Below, in pieces: positions 38,972 through 47,391 of a stretch of DNA of 64,000 bases. Each line of letters begins with the position of its first letter. Positions within the stretch are counted from its first letter, which is position 1. The DNA is taken from positions 224,001 to 288,000 of the forward strand of contig JAXHMY010000003.1 of NCBI GenBank assembly GCA_034520965.1, given 5' to 3'. The translations under genes were made by a program, and so were the position numbers. The stretch comes from Spirochaetia bacterium. GTDB taxonomy: Bacteria; Spirochaetota; Spirochaetia; DSM-16054; Sediminispirochaetaceae. The notes beneath the pieces are model-generated. The model ran no database searches. It had not been told where the DNA came from and was given only the letters and a program-made list of their open reading frames with translations.

Positions 38972-40338
38972 ACAAGCAGAATTTCAATTTTGGCCGGAGA
39001 ACTTATGCACGTCCCGCCGCAGTACTTATTATGTTCCTGCTGCTGAGTGTTGTTTCTTGTTATGTAGAACCCCGGGCCGGGGCAACGGTTACTCCCCACC
39101 TTAGCTTCACGACTGCCTCGAGGGGCTTTGGAGATGTGCTCGGCAGCATAAAGCTCGATATTACCGGGCCCGGTATTGACCAGCAGTGGTTCTTCTCTGA
39201 GGAGGAGGACAGTATCGTCATTTCCCTGCCCGAGGCTGATAATGTGCGCTTTGAGGTTGAAGCCCAACTGGATACCCTGGGCGGCACCTACACCGGCCCC
39301 GTACTCTCCTACGGCGGCGTCCTGTATGCCGACCTGGTTGCTGGAAAGTCAATCAACCTAAACTTCAACATGGGCCCCTACGAAACCAAAATACTGGTCC
39401 CGGATTATTCTTTAAGTAAGTTAATACAGTTGAAAAACATGTCTATAAGTGAAAATAATCCGGTTTCTCCTGATTGGGAAGAGTCCGACCTGTCATTTTT
39501 CGAACTAGGCGCTCCATGGGATATAGAGATAGATAACTTGGGACAAATATGGATAGCTAGCGATAATTCGCTAAGTGCAATATACGAAGTACCAATAACT
39601 TATGACGAGTCAGAGTTACCTGAACTTTTGAATATTTACACAACTCCTATTTATTCACTCGCCTTCGACCGCCAAAATAACTACTTGTATTATATTCTTG
39701 ATGAGGGAAATTCCTTTTATAGCATCAATAGGATTACAACTGATTTTGATATATTAGACGTAGCTATTACCGATATTACAGAAATCAGTTCTACTGTCGT
39801 TTCTGCTACTAATACAATTTATCCATTTGGATTAGCAGTAGATGATGAGGGGTTTATCTATTTTACCGTTAATGTTGGGTCTACAACACCTCAATGGAAC
39901 CTCTATAAAATACATCCTGATTCACCGGATACAATAGAAGCATCTACCACAGAAATTACTACCAACCCCGATGCATCTCCTTACGACTATCCCGACCTAC
40001 TCTACAAGGAGGGGCATATATATGTGACGAACCGGGCAGGGCCCGACGGAGAACAAATCCTCAAACTGAACAAAGACCTTGTGCTGGTGGGCAGCTTCGG
40101 AGTTGCTGCAACTGAATTAGGAACCACTGTAGAGGGCGAGTTTTTCGGCCCTTCCCGCTTCCTTGCTTCTACCAACAAGAAAATCTATGTGATTGATGAA
40201 GCTATCGATGCACCTATAGGAGATATTACCTCAAATGAGACAATATGAAGTGACCCCCGTGTTTGCAAAATCGTGGATTAGCCTGCAAAATGGTAAAAAC
40301 ACAATGGCAAACACGCCACATACAAACAGGAGGCCACT

Positions 40339-41436
40339 ATGAACAGTGTAATTTATGTAGGAATGGATGTCCACAAGGAGACGGTATTCATCGTCGGGTA
40401 TAAGAATGGCGAACAGGTCCCATCGATAGTCGTTCAGAAGAAAAACAGGGAAAGTGAGCTGCGCAAATATTTTAAGAAGCTCCAGGAAAAGGGTGAGCTT
40501 CTGTGCTGCTATGAAGCAGGGCCAAGCGGTTACAGTACCTATCGGATGCTCGAAGGTATGGGCATTGCCTGTCTTGTTGCAGCCCCGGGACTGATTCCAA
40601 AAAAACCATCAGAGCGAATAAAAACCGACAAACGGGACGCCGACATGCTTGCCCGTAATTTGCGTTCCGGACAGTTGACAGGGGTTCACATTCCCACCAG
40701 AGCCGATGAGGCGGTGCGTGAGTTTCTGCACGTCAGGGATGATTACAAAGACGAGCAGAGACGCTACAAGCAGAAAATTCTCAGTCTTCTGCTTCGTCAT
40801 GGTCTGATCTACCGTGATGGGGATAATTGGACAGGAAAACACCGACTGTGGATTAAGAAAGCCATCGCAGAGCTCAACTCATTGCAGAAAGAGACTGTAA
40901 AGGAGTACCTGGGGCATCTGGACTACATCACTGAAAATATTAAACGAATCGACCAGCGCATTGAAGCCCTTGCCTCTGAAGGGCGCTATAGGGAAAAAGT
41001 GAAAAGGCTGATGGCCATTAAGGGGATTGGAACCTTTACCGCGTTATCAATCATTGCCGAAATAAGTGATTTTCGGCGATTTGCCAAGCCCTCGCAGTTC
41101 ATGAGTTATCTTGGTTTGGTACCGGCTGAACACTCCAGTGGAGAACGTCGTCGTCAGAACGGTATTACAAAATCAGGAAATAAGCGTTTGAGGCGCCTGT
41201 TGGTAGAAAGTGCCTGGCATTGTCGCACCTATGATCCCTCCTCAAAGCGACTGATAAAACGAAGACGAGAAGTAGATCCTCAGGCAAGAGCGTATGCCGA
41301 TAAAGCAGGGAAAAGACTTTCGCGGCGATATCAGCACCTTCTGTTTACAGGAAAACCTTCACAGAAGGTTGCTACGGCAGTTGCACGTGAGCTTTGCGGT
41401 TTTATTTGGGGAATAATGAGAGAACAAACAACGTAG
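40339..41436 (+). CDS. IS110 family DEDD recombinase/transposase
   Basis: VGMDVHK, CYEAG, KTDKRDA (DEDD), KGIG..TA, YLGLVPAEHSSG (catalytic Ser), GNKRLRRLLVESAW. Confidence 0.97.
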   Translation: MNSVIYVGMDVHKETVFIVGYKNGEQVPSIVVQKKNRESELRKYFKKLQEKGELLCCYEAGPSGYSTYRMLEGMGIACLVAAPGLIPKKPSERIKTDKRDADMLARNLRSGQLTGVHIPTRADEAVREFLHVRDDYKDEQRRYKQKILSLLLRHGLIYRDGDNWTGKHRLWIKKAIAELNSLQKETVKEYLGHLDYITENIKRIDQRIEALASEGRYREKVKRLMAIKGIGTFTALSIIAEISDFRRFAKPSQFMSYLGLVPAEHSSGERRRQNGITKSGNKRLRRLLVESAWHCRTYDPSSKRLIKRRREVDPQARAYADKAGKRLSRRYQHLLFTGKPSQKVATAVARELCGFIWGIMREQTT

Positions 41437-41456
41437 AGGTTTAACTGAGTTTTGAA

Positions 41457-41667
41457 ACCGAGGGGTAGAATGGATAGAGGAATACGAGAAGAAGCGAAGG
41501 AGAATCCTCGAGCTATTCTGAAGGCCCTCTTTTTGGTAGGAGGAATCCTTGAATTGAGACAGAGGCAAGCTCCCGACGATTACATTGCACTGCAGGTAAC
41601 CAATCCGCGAATATCAGTCTGTACATCGACGGTTGCATGTATTCCTCTATCTTTTTCTCCTCTCGGT
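41457..41667 (+). ncRNA. Candidate bridge/seek RNA in the IS 3' non-coding region
   Basis: Perfect 13-bp stem GATAGAGGAATAC(41473-41485)/GTATTCCTCTATC(41639-41651), extended by ACCGAG/CTCGGT. It encloses two stem-internal-loop arms whose loop strands match the element junctions. Confidence 0.7.
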
Positions 41668-41857
41668 CTTATAAAGAAGGGGGTACTATAAACTTTTACT
41701 ATAGAATACTTGACAAGGGTCACAACATATCAGAATAGTAAGTTTTGATACCGACTTCGGCGGGTGGGATACATATATGCCGCAGGGCGTGGACAATGTC
41801 GACATTTTTAGCTTCTATTATTAAATGAACTAATAGAGTTACCATATAGTCTTTTCC

Positions 41858-41890
41858 ACCGCGGTACCTTAGGGGCCGCGGTTTTTTCTT
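41858..41890 (+). terminator. Intrinsic terminator after the lipoprotein remnant
   Basis: ACCGCGG...CCGCGGT stem followed by a T run. Confidence 0.7.
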
Positions 41891-42000
41891 GCCTTTTTCG
41901 GTCGCTTTATTCATTAATAGAAAATTACCTTGACTCACCCCACCTCTGTAAGTACCCTTAAAGAGAGAATCTTTTTAAAGAATCAAACAAAGGAGGACAT

Positions 42001-42984
42001 ATGTCCGAACGTGACGTATCACCACCGGGACTACCTTTTTCGATAAAACCGAAATTTATAGTAACCGTGGTAATTATAGTTGTGGTCATAGCCGTGGTCA
42101 TGTCGAGTTTCTTCGTCGTTGACCAAACTGAGCAAGCAGTAGTGCTTAGGTTCGGTAAGGTGAACAGAATTGTCGGCCCGGGCCTGCAGTTTAAGGTTCC
42201 CCTGGGAATCGAAAAGAACTACAACGTAGCGACCCAGAGAGTTCAAAAAATGGAGTTTGGCTTTCGCACCCAGCAGGCAAGTATCAATACCACCTACTCC
42301 GGCGCCGACTTCCCCGAAGAGTCGATTATGCTGACCGGAGACCTTAATATAATCGATGTCGAATGGATCATTCAGTATCGGATAAGCGAGCCTGTAGATT
42401 GGCTGTTTAATGTGGAGTTTCGAGAACAGACTCTACGCGACATAAGCCAGTCGATTATCAATCAGCTGGTAGGCGACCGGGCGATACTGAATGTAATCGG
42501 TTCAGAACGAGCAAGCATCGAGCAGCAGGGCCAGGACAAAATGCAGGAGCGCTTTGACGATTACGGTCTTGGTGTCACGGTTACCACGGTCAAACTGCGA
42601 AACATCGTACCTCCGCGGGGCGAAGTACAAGACGCATTTGAAGACGTAAACCGTGCTGTTCAGGATATGAACCGTTTTATCAATGAAGGAAAAGAGGCTT
42701 ACAACCAGGAAATACCGAAAGCCCGCGGCCAGGCCCAGCAGCTGATTCAAGAAGCCCAGGGATATGCAGCCGAACGTGTAAATAATTCAGAAGGTGATGT
42801 AGCCCGCTTTGTATCGGTCCTCGACCAGTATGAGTTGAGTCCCGAGGTAACCCGCACCCGTCTCTACATCGAAACCCTTGAAGCGCTCTTCCAGGAAGAA
42901 GAAGGTACCGACCTGATCGACCGGGGACTGGAGAACTTTATTCCCTTTAAAGGCCTGCCGACAGCACAAGGAGGCACACAGTGA
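42001..42984 (+). CDS. hflK: FtsH protease modulator HflK
   Basis: N-terminal TM, SPFH domain, MLTGDLNIIDVEW, VQDAFEDV, PEVTRTRLYIETL. Confidence 0.95.
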   Translation: MSERDVSPPGLPFSIKPKFIVTVVIIVVVIAVVMSSFFVVDQTEQAVVLRFGKVNRIVGPGLQFKVPLGIEKNYNVATQRVQKMEFGFRTQQASINTTYSGADFPEESIMLTGDLNIIDVEWIIQYRISEPVDWLFNVEFREQTLRDISQSIINQLVGDRAILNVIGSERASIEQQGQDKMQERFDDYGLGVTVTTVKLRNIVPPRGEVQDAFEDVNRAVQDMNRFINEGKEAYNQEIPKARGQAQQLIQEAQGYAAERVNNSEGDVARFVSVLDQYELSPEVTRTRLYIETLEALFQEEEGTDLIDRGLENFIPFKGLPTAQGGTQ

Positions 42985-43973
42985 AAAAATTAGTAACAAC
43001 TTTAGTAGTGCTGCTTATTATCGTGGTAGTATTCGTGCTCCTAGGCCCGTTTTACATTGTAGAACAGGGTGAACAGGCCGTTGTAACCCGCTTTGGTAAG
43101 ATAGTAACTACAAATGTCAATCCGGGCCTCAAGTTTAAAGTACCGGTTATCGACAACGTAGTAAAATACTCTAAAAAAATACTGAGTTGGGACGGAGATG
43201 CACAACGGGTGCCTACCGCGGAAAACCAGTTTATCTGGGTTGATGCCACGGCCCGCTGGAAAATTGCCGACCCCCAGAAGTTTTACGAGGCGGTTTCTAC
43301 CCTTGAACAGGGCTGGGCCCGGCTTGACGACGTTATAGATTCGACCATCCGTACGGTCATTACCAGCAACAATCTGCGGGAAGCAGTCCGTAACACCAAC
43401 ATCATCAACGAGATGGAGGCCACCACGGAAATTCTGCAGCAGCAGGATGAAGAGGTGGACGAAGAAGAGCTTCGTGAGCTGACCCAAACTGAGAGATCGT
43501 ATGAAACAGTGAATCGGGGTCGTGAAGAACTCTCCCAGGAAATGTTCGAGTTAGCGGCTGAATTAACCCCCGACTACGGCATTGAGCTGGTTGATATCAT
43601 CATGCGTCAAATACGCTACTCCGACGACCTTACCGAAAGTGTCTACAGTCGTATGATTAAAGAGCGAAACCAGATCGCCGAAGCATACCGCTCCTACGGA
43701 CAGGGGAAAAAGGCCGAGTGGCTTGGTAGACTTGAAAACGAACGTAAAACAGTCCTCTCGGAAGCGTACCAGGAGTCTGAGGGTATTCGCGGTGAGGCCG
43801 ATGCCGAGGCAACCCTGATCTACGCTGAGGCTTATGAGCAGGACCCGGAGTTCTTTGAGTTCTGGCGTTCGATCGAATCGTACCGCAAAACCATACCCAA
43901 GTTTAAGAAAACCCTTACCACCGACATGGACTACTTTAAGTATTTGTACAATGAAGACGGAACTGTCGAATAA
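42981..43973 (+). CDS. hflC: FtsH protease modulator HflC
   Basis: SPFH domain, RMIKER, EADAEAT.IYAEAY.QDPEFFEFWRS; coupled to hflK. Confidence 0.95.
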   Translation: MKKLVTTLVVLLIIVVVFVLLGPFYIVEQGEQAVVTRFGKIVTTNVNPGLKFKVPVIDNVVKYSKKILSWDGDAQRVPTAENQFIWVDATARWKIADPQKFYEAVSTLEQGWARLDDVIDSTIRTVITSNNLREAVRNTNIINEMEATTEILQQQDEEVDEEELRELTQTERSYETVNRGREELSQEMFELAAELTPDYGIELVDIIMRQIRYSDDLTESVYSRMIKERNQIAEAYRSYGQGKKAEWLGRLENERKTVLSEAYQESEGIRGEADAEATLIYAEAYEQDPEFFEFWRSIESYRKTIPKFKKTLTTDMDYFKYLYNEDGTVE

Positions 43974-43997
43974 TCCGGCAAAAATCGCATAAAGTGG

Positions 43998-44035
43998 CCG
44001 CGGGAACCGAGTAATCGGAACCCGCGGTTTTTTTT
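43998..44035 (+). terminator. Intrinsic terminator after hflC
   Basis: CCGCGGG...CCCGCGG stem followed by 8 T. Confidence 0.8.
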
Positions 44036-44041
44036 GGACAC

Positions 44042-45811
44042 TCACCCCTCAAATCGTCGGTGCCCCAGCTCTATTAAGTCCGCCAGCCCCAGTCGCAGTA
44101 TCTCCAGCTGCGATCCATCGCCCTGCAGCAGTTCCTGCAGCTTATTTACCTCTATCTCCCACTGCCGGCGGTACTTTTTGTGGGTGAATTTTTTTAGAAT
44201 GTGGAGTACTTTCTTCTGATACCGGCGTCGCTGGGCCTGGGTGTCGGCGCTGCACATGAGCCGGCGCACCACATCCAGCTCTTCCAGCCGGTCACCGCAG
44301 GCCGCCTCTTCCAGCAAAGCTTCGATCCGTTTCAATTCTGATGCTGAGAGCTTCTGTAATACATCTATCTGCGGAATCTCATGAAAGCGATATAAATTCT
44401 CGGTAGCCAACCACCCCCAGCCTTCGTTGCCCGCAAGCAGAACCTCAGCACCCCGGGTCACAAAGTTTTCGCAGAGCCGCTCCGGTACAAAAGAAGCCTG
44501 CAGCAATGCCTGGATGCGGTGAGCAGGCAGGAACCGGCCAAGATCCGGCTGACAGAAGACAGTTCGGGTGGAACTCAGCTTCTCCCGATTCCTCCCACTT
44601 TCACTGCAGCGCTCCACTACAATTTGAAACTCCGTGTTATAGGTACGGCGGTTCATGCTCTGCCGGCCGCCGCGGTAGGTTATATAATCCAGACTGTGAA
44701 TCTCCACTCGGCCGGCCCCGCTGAGAATCTCCATCAGCTGCTCCATGGGGATAATCCCCTCGCTGTTATAGCTGAGTACCAACCAACGGGCATCCGCAGC
44801 TTCCAGCACATCCCGCAGTGCCTCGGGGGCGCGTGCCCGTGAACAGAAATCCGAGCGGGTTGACTGCCAGTCCGGCCGTATCCCGGCCTTTGATACTAAT
44901 CTTCCGTCCGCCCCGATTCCATCATTTACCGGGGGAAAATCCCACCGCGCAATAGTGTTGAGCAGGTGGTAGTTGCTGCCGTACTGATGGATGTTATAAG
45001 GGGGGTCTAAATAGCAAAGGTCGCCACTGCGACGAGAGAGGAACTCGGCGGCATCCAACTGCTGCACTTCGCATTCGGCGGGGCCCTCTATCAGCACAGG
45101 ATATTCAAGCTGCATCGGTGCCATGATACGCCCCAGGGCATCACGGCTGTGACCGCCAAAGCCCTTGTGGTAGGCTTTGAACACTCCGGAGGTATTCACA
45201 TGAGTGGCCGCCTGATACAGCAGCAGGGCCAGCAGAAGCTCGTGTGCCCTGCCCCCCTCCGGAAACCACCGGTCTATATGCTCCCGTACCAGATCGATAA
45301 ACAGGGCATTCTCCCGTGTGTAGAACAGACGCTCGGTACGATAGTCTGCCTCCGCAGTGGAGGCCGGAGCGTAATGACGGCTGATCAAAGGCCGCTGCGG
45401 CTGTTTTAAGGATCGATTCCCACGCCTGCTCCGTGAATCGGGCTGCAGTGTATTAAGTTCGTCAAGGACATTTTTCAGGCCGCCAAAATCAGAAAACAGC
45501 TCCTCCGCTTGAGCAGGATTCAAGGTAAGGTGAGCGGTGTTAATGACCTTCGAATACTCCTCCCAGTCGTTGGCCGCTACCTGTAAACCCATCTGGCGAA
45601 CCATTCTGGCTACCGCTCCACTGCCGGCAAAGGGGTCGAGAACCCGGGTAATAGGGTGCTGTTCATTGAGCCGGGAGAAGATGCGGTATAAAAACCCGAG
45701 GATGCGCCTTTTGTTGCCAATGTAGGCAATTAGCTGGCGAGTAAGATAATCTGTAGAAACAAAGGCCCCATCACTTGTCGAAAGGCTGAGGGCCTGATAC
45801 CATTCCGGCAT
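44042..45811 (-). CDS. Orphan N6-adenine DNA methyltransferase (D12 class) with C-terminal extension
   Basis: YIGNKRR, LDPFAGSG (motif I), NDWEEYS, VNTSGVFKAY, YLDPPY (motif IV), YGSNYHLLN, LSYNSEG. Confidence 0.88.
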   Translation of the reverse strand: MPEWYQALSLSTSDGAFVSTDYLTRQLIAYIGNKRRILGFLYRIFSRLNEQHPITRVLDPFAGSGAVARMVRQMGLQVAANDWEEYSKVINTAHLTLNPAQAEELFSDFGGLKNVLDELNTLQPDSRSRRGNRSLKQPQRPLISRHYAPASTAEADYRTERLFYTRENALFIDLVREHIDRWFPEGGRAHELLLALLLYQAATHVNTSGVFKAYHKGFGGHSRDALGRIMAPMQLEYPVLIEGPAECEVQQLDAAEFLSRRSGDLCYLDPPYNIHQYGSNYHLLNTIARWDFPPVNDGIGADGRLVSKAGIRPDWQSTRSDFCSRARAPEALRDVLEAADARWLVLSYNSEGIIPMEQLMEILSGAGRVEIHSLDYITYRGGRQSMNRRTYNTEFQIVVERCSESGRNREKLSSTRTVFCQPDLGRFLPAHRIQALLQASFVPERLCENFVTRGAEVLLAGNEGWGWLATENLYRFHEIPQIDVLQKLSASELKRIEALLEEAACGDRLEELDVVRRLMCSADTQAQRRRYQKKVLHILKKFTHKKYRRQWEIEVNKLQELLQGDGSQLEILRLGLADLIELGHRRFEG

Positions 45812-47372
45812 GACCGGAAAGAGACTAACAGCTTTACTTGCAAAGATCAATATAATTGAACAACACGGACCTTCCGATCCACCGATTACCGACCTTGTCT
45901 ATGACAGCCGCGAGGTACAGCAGGGCAGCCTGTTTTTTGCCTTGAAGGGGCTGCATAGCGACGGCCACGACTACATAGAAAAGGCGCTTGCCCAAGGTGC
46001 TGCAGCAGTGGTCCACAGCGATCCCCTTCCCCGCTACGCCCGGGGTGTGGCTTACCTGCGGGTAGAGAACAGCCGCAGGGCTATGTCTCCAATTGCCTGC
46101 AGCTTTTACGATGATCCCTCTTCAGAAATGACGATTATCGGGGTAACCGGAACCGACGGAAAAAGTACTACCAGCTACTTTATCCAGCAGCTGCTGCAGT
46201 TAAGCGGCAAACCCGCGGGGCTGCTTACTACAGTTCAATTTGATTTAGGCCGGGGAGCAGAGAAAAACTATCTGCGCCAATCAACCCCCGAGGCCACCGA
46301 AATACACCGGCTCCTGCGCGCCATGCGGGAGAATGGTTGCACCCACGCGGTGGTCGAGGCCACCAGCCACGGCCTCTCGCCCCTGAACAACCGCCTTGGG
46401 GATGTAAAGTTTGATGTAGGGGTACTCACCAACATCAGCCACGAACACCTGGAGTTTCATAAAACCCTCGAACGGTATATCGACGACAAGGCAAATCTGT
46501 TTCGGGCTCTTCCGCCGGAGACGGGCATTGCCGTTATCAATGCCGAGGAGCCCCACCGTCAGGCCTTTATCGATGCCGCCGCCTGTCCCGTGTATTTCTA
46601 TGGAATAAGCCCGGGAGCACAAGAGCCCCCGGGAACAGCCGACCTCACCGCCTCGGAGATTGAAGAGAGCCCGGCGGGGCAATCCTTCTTTATCAGCCGT
46701 AAAACAAGTGCTGCAGACACTGCAGAAGAACCGATTCAAACCCGTGTTAAGCTGCCCCAACCGGGCCGTTTTAATGTGGAAAACAGCTTAGCCGCTTTGC
46801 TGGCCCTAGGGCATCTGCCCGGAGAATCCCTGCAGTCCTATTTTCCCCTCATTGCAGAACTCAAACCTATCAAAGGACGCATGGTGCCGGTGGATGAAGG
46901 CCAGCCCTTTCAGGTTATTGTCGATTACGCCCACACTCCCGGCTCATTCCGCAAATTGTTTCCTGCCCTGCGTGCCCAAGTTGATACAGGCAAACTTATT
47001 GCTGTCTTTAGCTCCGCCGGCGAGCGAGATATTGAAAAACGCAGCCAGTTAGGCGAAATTGCCGCTGCCTACTGTGATATCATTGTGCTGGCCGATGAAG
47101 ACCCCCGCGGAGAGGTTCCGCTGGATATTCTGGAAGATGTAGCCGCCGGCTGCGGGTCTATGCAGCGGGAACATGAGCTATTTTTAATAGAGGATCGGCC
47201 TACGGCAATTCGCTACGCATTTACACTGGCGAACAAGGGTGATTTGGTAGTACTATTAGGAAAGGGCCACGAGGGCAGTATTATATATGCGGATGGCCCC
47301 ATCCCCTGGGATGAGGAAACAGTTGCTCGGGAGCAGCTGCGCCGGCTCGGTTACAAGCCCCTTAATCAATAA
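45810..47372 (+). CDS. murE: UDP-MurNAc-L-Ala-D-Glu--diamino acid ligase
   Basis: YDSREV, GVTGTDGKSTT, STPEA, EATSHGL, VDYAHTP, DEDPRGE, GKGHE. Confidence 0.95.
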   Translation: MTGKRLTALLAKINIIEQHGPSDPPITDLVYDSREVQQGSLFFALKGLHSDGHDYIEKALAQGAAAVVHSDPLPRYARGVAYLRVENSRRAMSPIACSFYDDPSSEMTIIGVTGTDGKSTTSYFIQQLLQLSGKPAGLLTTVQFDLGRGAEKNYLRQSTPEATEIHRLLRAMRENGCTHAVVEATSHGLSPLNNRLGDVKFDVGVLTNISHEHLEFHKTLERYIDDKANLFRALPPETGIAVINAEEPHRQAFIDAAACPVYFYGISPGAQEPPGTADLTASEIEESPAGQSFFISRKTSAADTAEEPIQTRVKLPQPGRFNVENSLAALLALGHLPGESLQSYFPLIAELKPIKGRMVPVDEGQPFQVIVDYAHTPGSFRKLFPALRAQVDTGKLIAVFSSAGERDIEKRSQLGEIAAAYCDIIVLADEDPRGEVPLDILEDVAAGCGSMQREHELFLIEDRPTAIRYAFTLANKGDLVVLLGKGHEGSIIYADGPIPWDEETVAREQLRRLGYKPLNQ

Positions 47373-47391
47373 ATTATCAGGGAGAGACAGT

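Larger units (their letters stand above)
40243..41733 (+). mobile_element. IS110-family insertion sequence, IS1111-like layout (ends uncertain by a few bp)
   Basis: Imperfect 14-bp IRs ATATGAAGTGACCC (40243-40256) / GGGTCACAACATAT (41717-41730); short 5' and long 3' non-coding regions; outward TTGACA at 41710-41715. Confidence 0.9.
38968..41824 (+). pseudogene. Beta-propeller/NHL-like lipoprotein interrupted by an IS110 element (N-part 38968-40248; C-remnant about 41732-41824)
   Basis: Lipobox LSVVSC; NHL-like APWDIEIDNLGQIWIASD and PFGLAVDDEGFIYFT. The stop at 40246 lies inside the IS left IR. RIVSFDTDFGGWDTY...FSFYY* resumes after the IS and is followed by a terminator. Confidence 0.78.

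Noticed and set aside
41452..41691. 79-aa ORF downstream of the transposase
   Set aside because: TTG start, no SD and no motif. It coincides with the strongly base-paired region, which is better explained as RNA.
41858..44035. Two hairpins sharing CCGCGG...CCGCGGTTTTT as a REP-like family
   Set aside because: Only two copies with different loops, both placed as ordinary terminators.
44042..47372. Complete restriction-modification system
   Set aside because: No endonuclease or specificity gene is adjacent; the flanking genes are hflC and murE.
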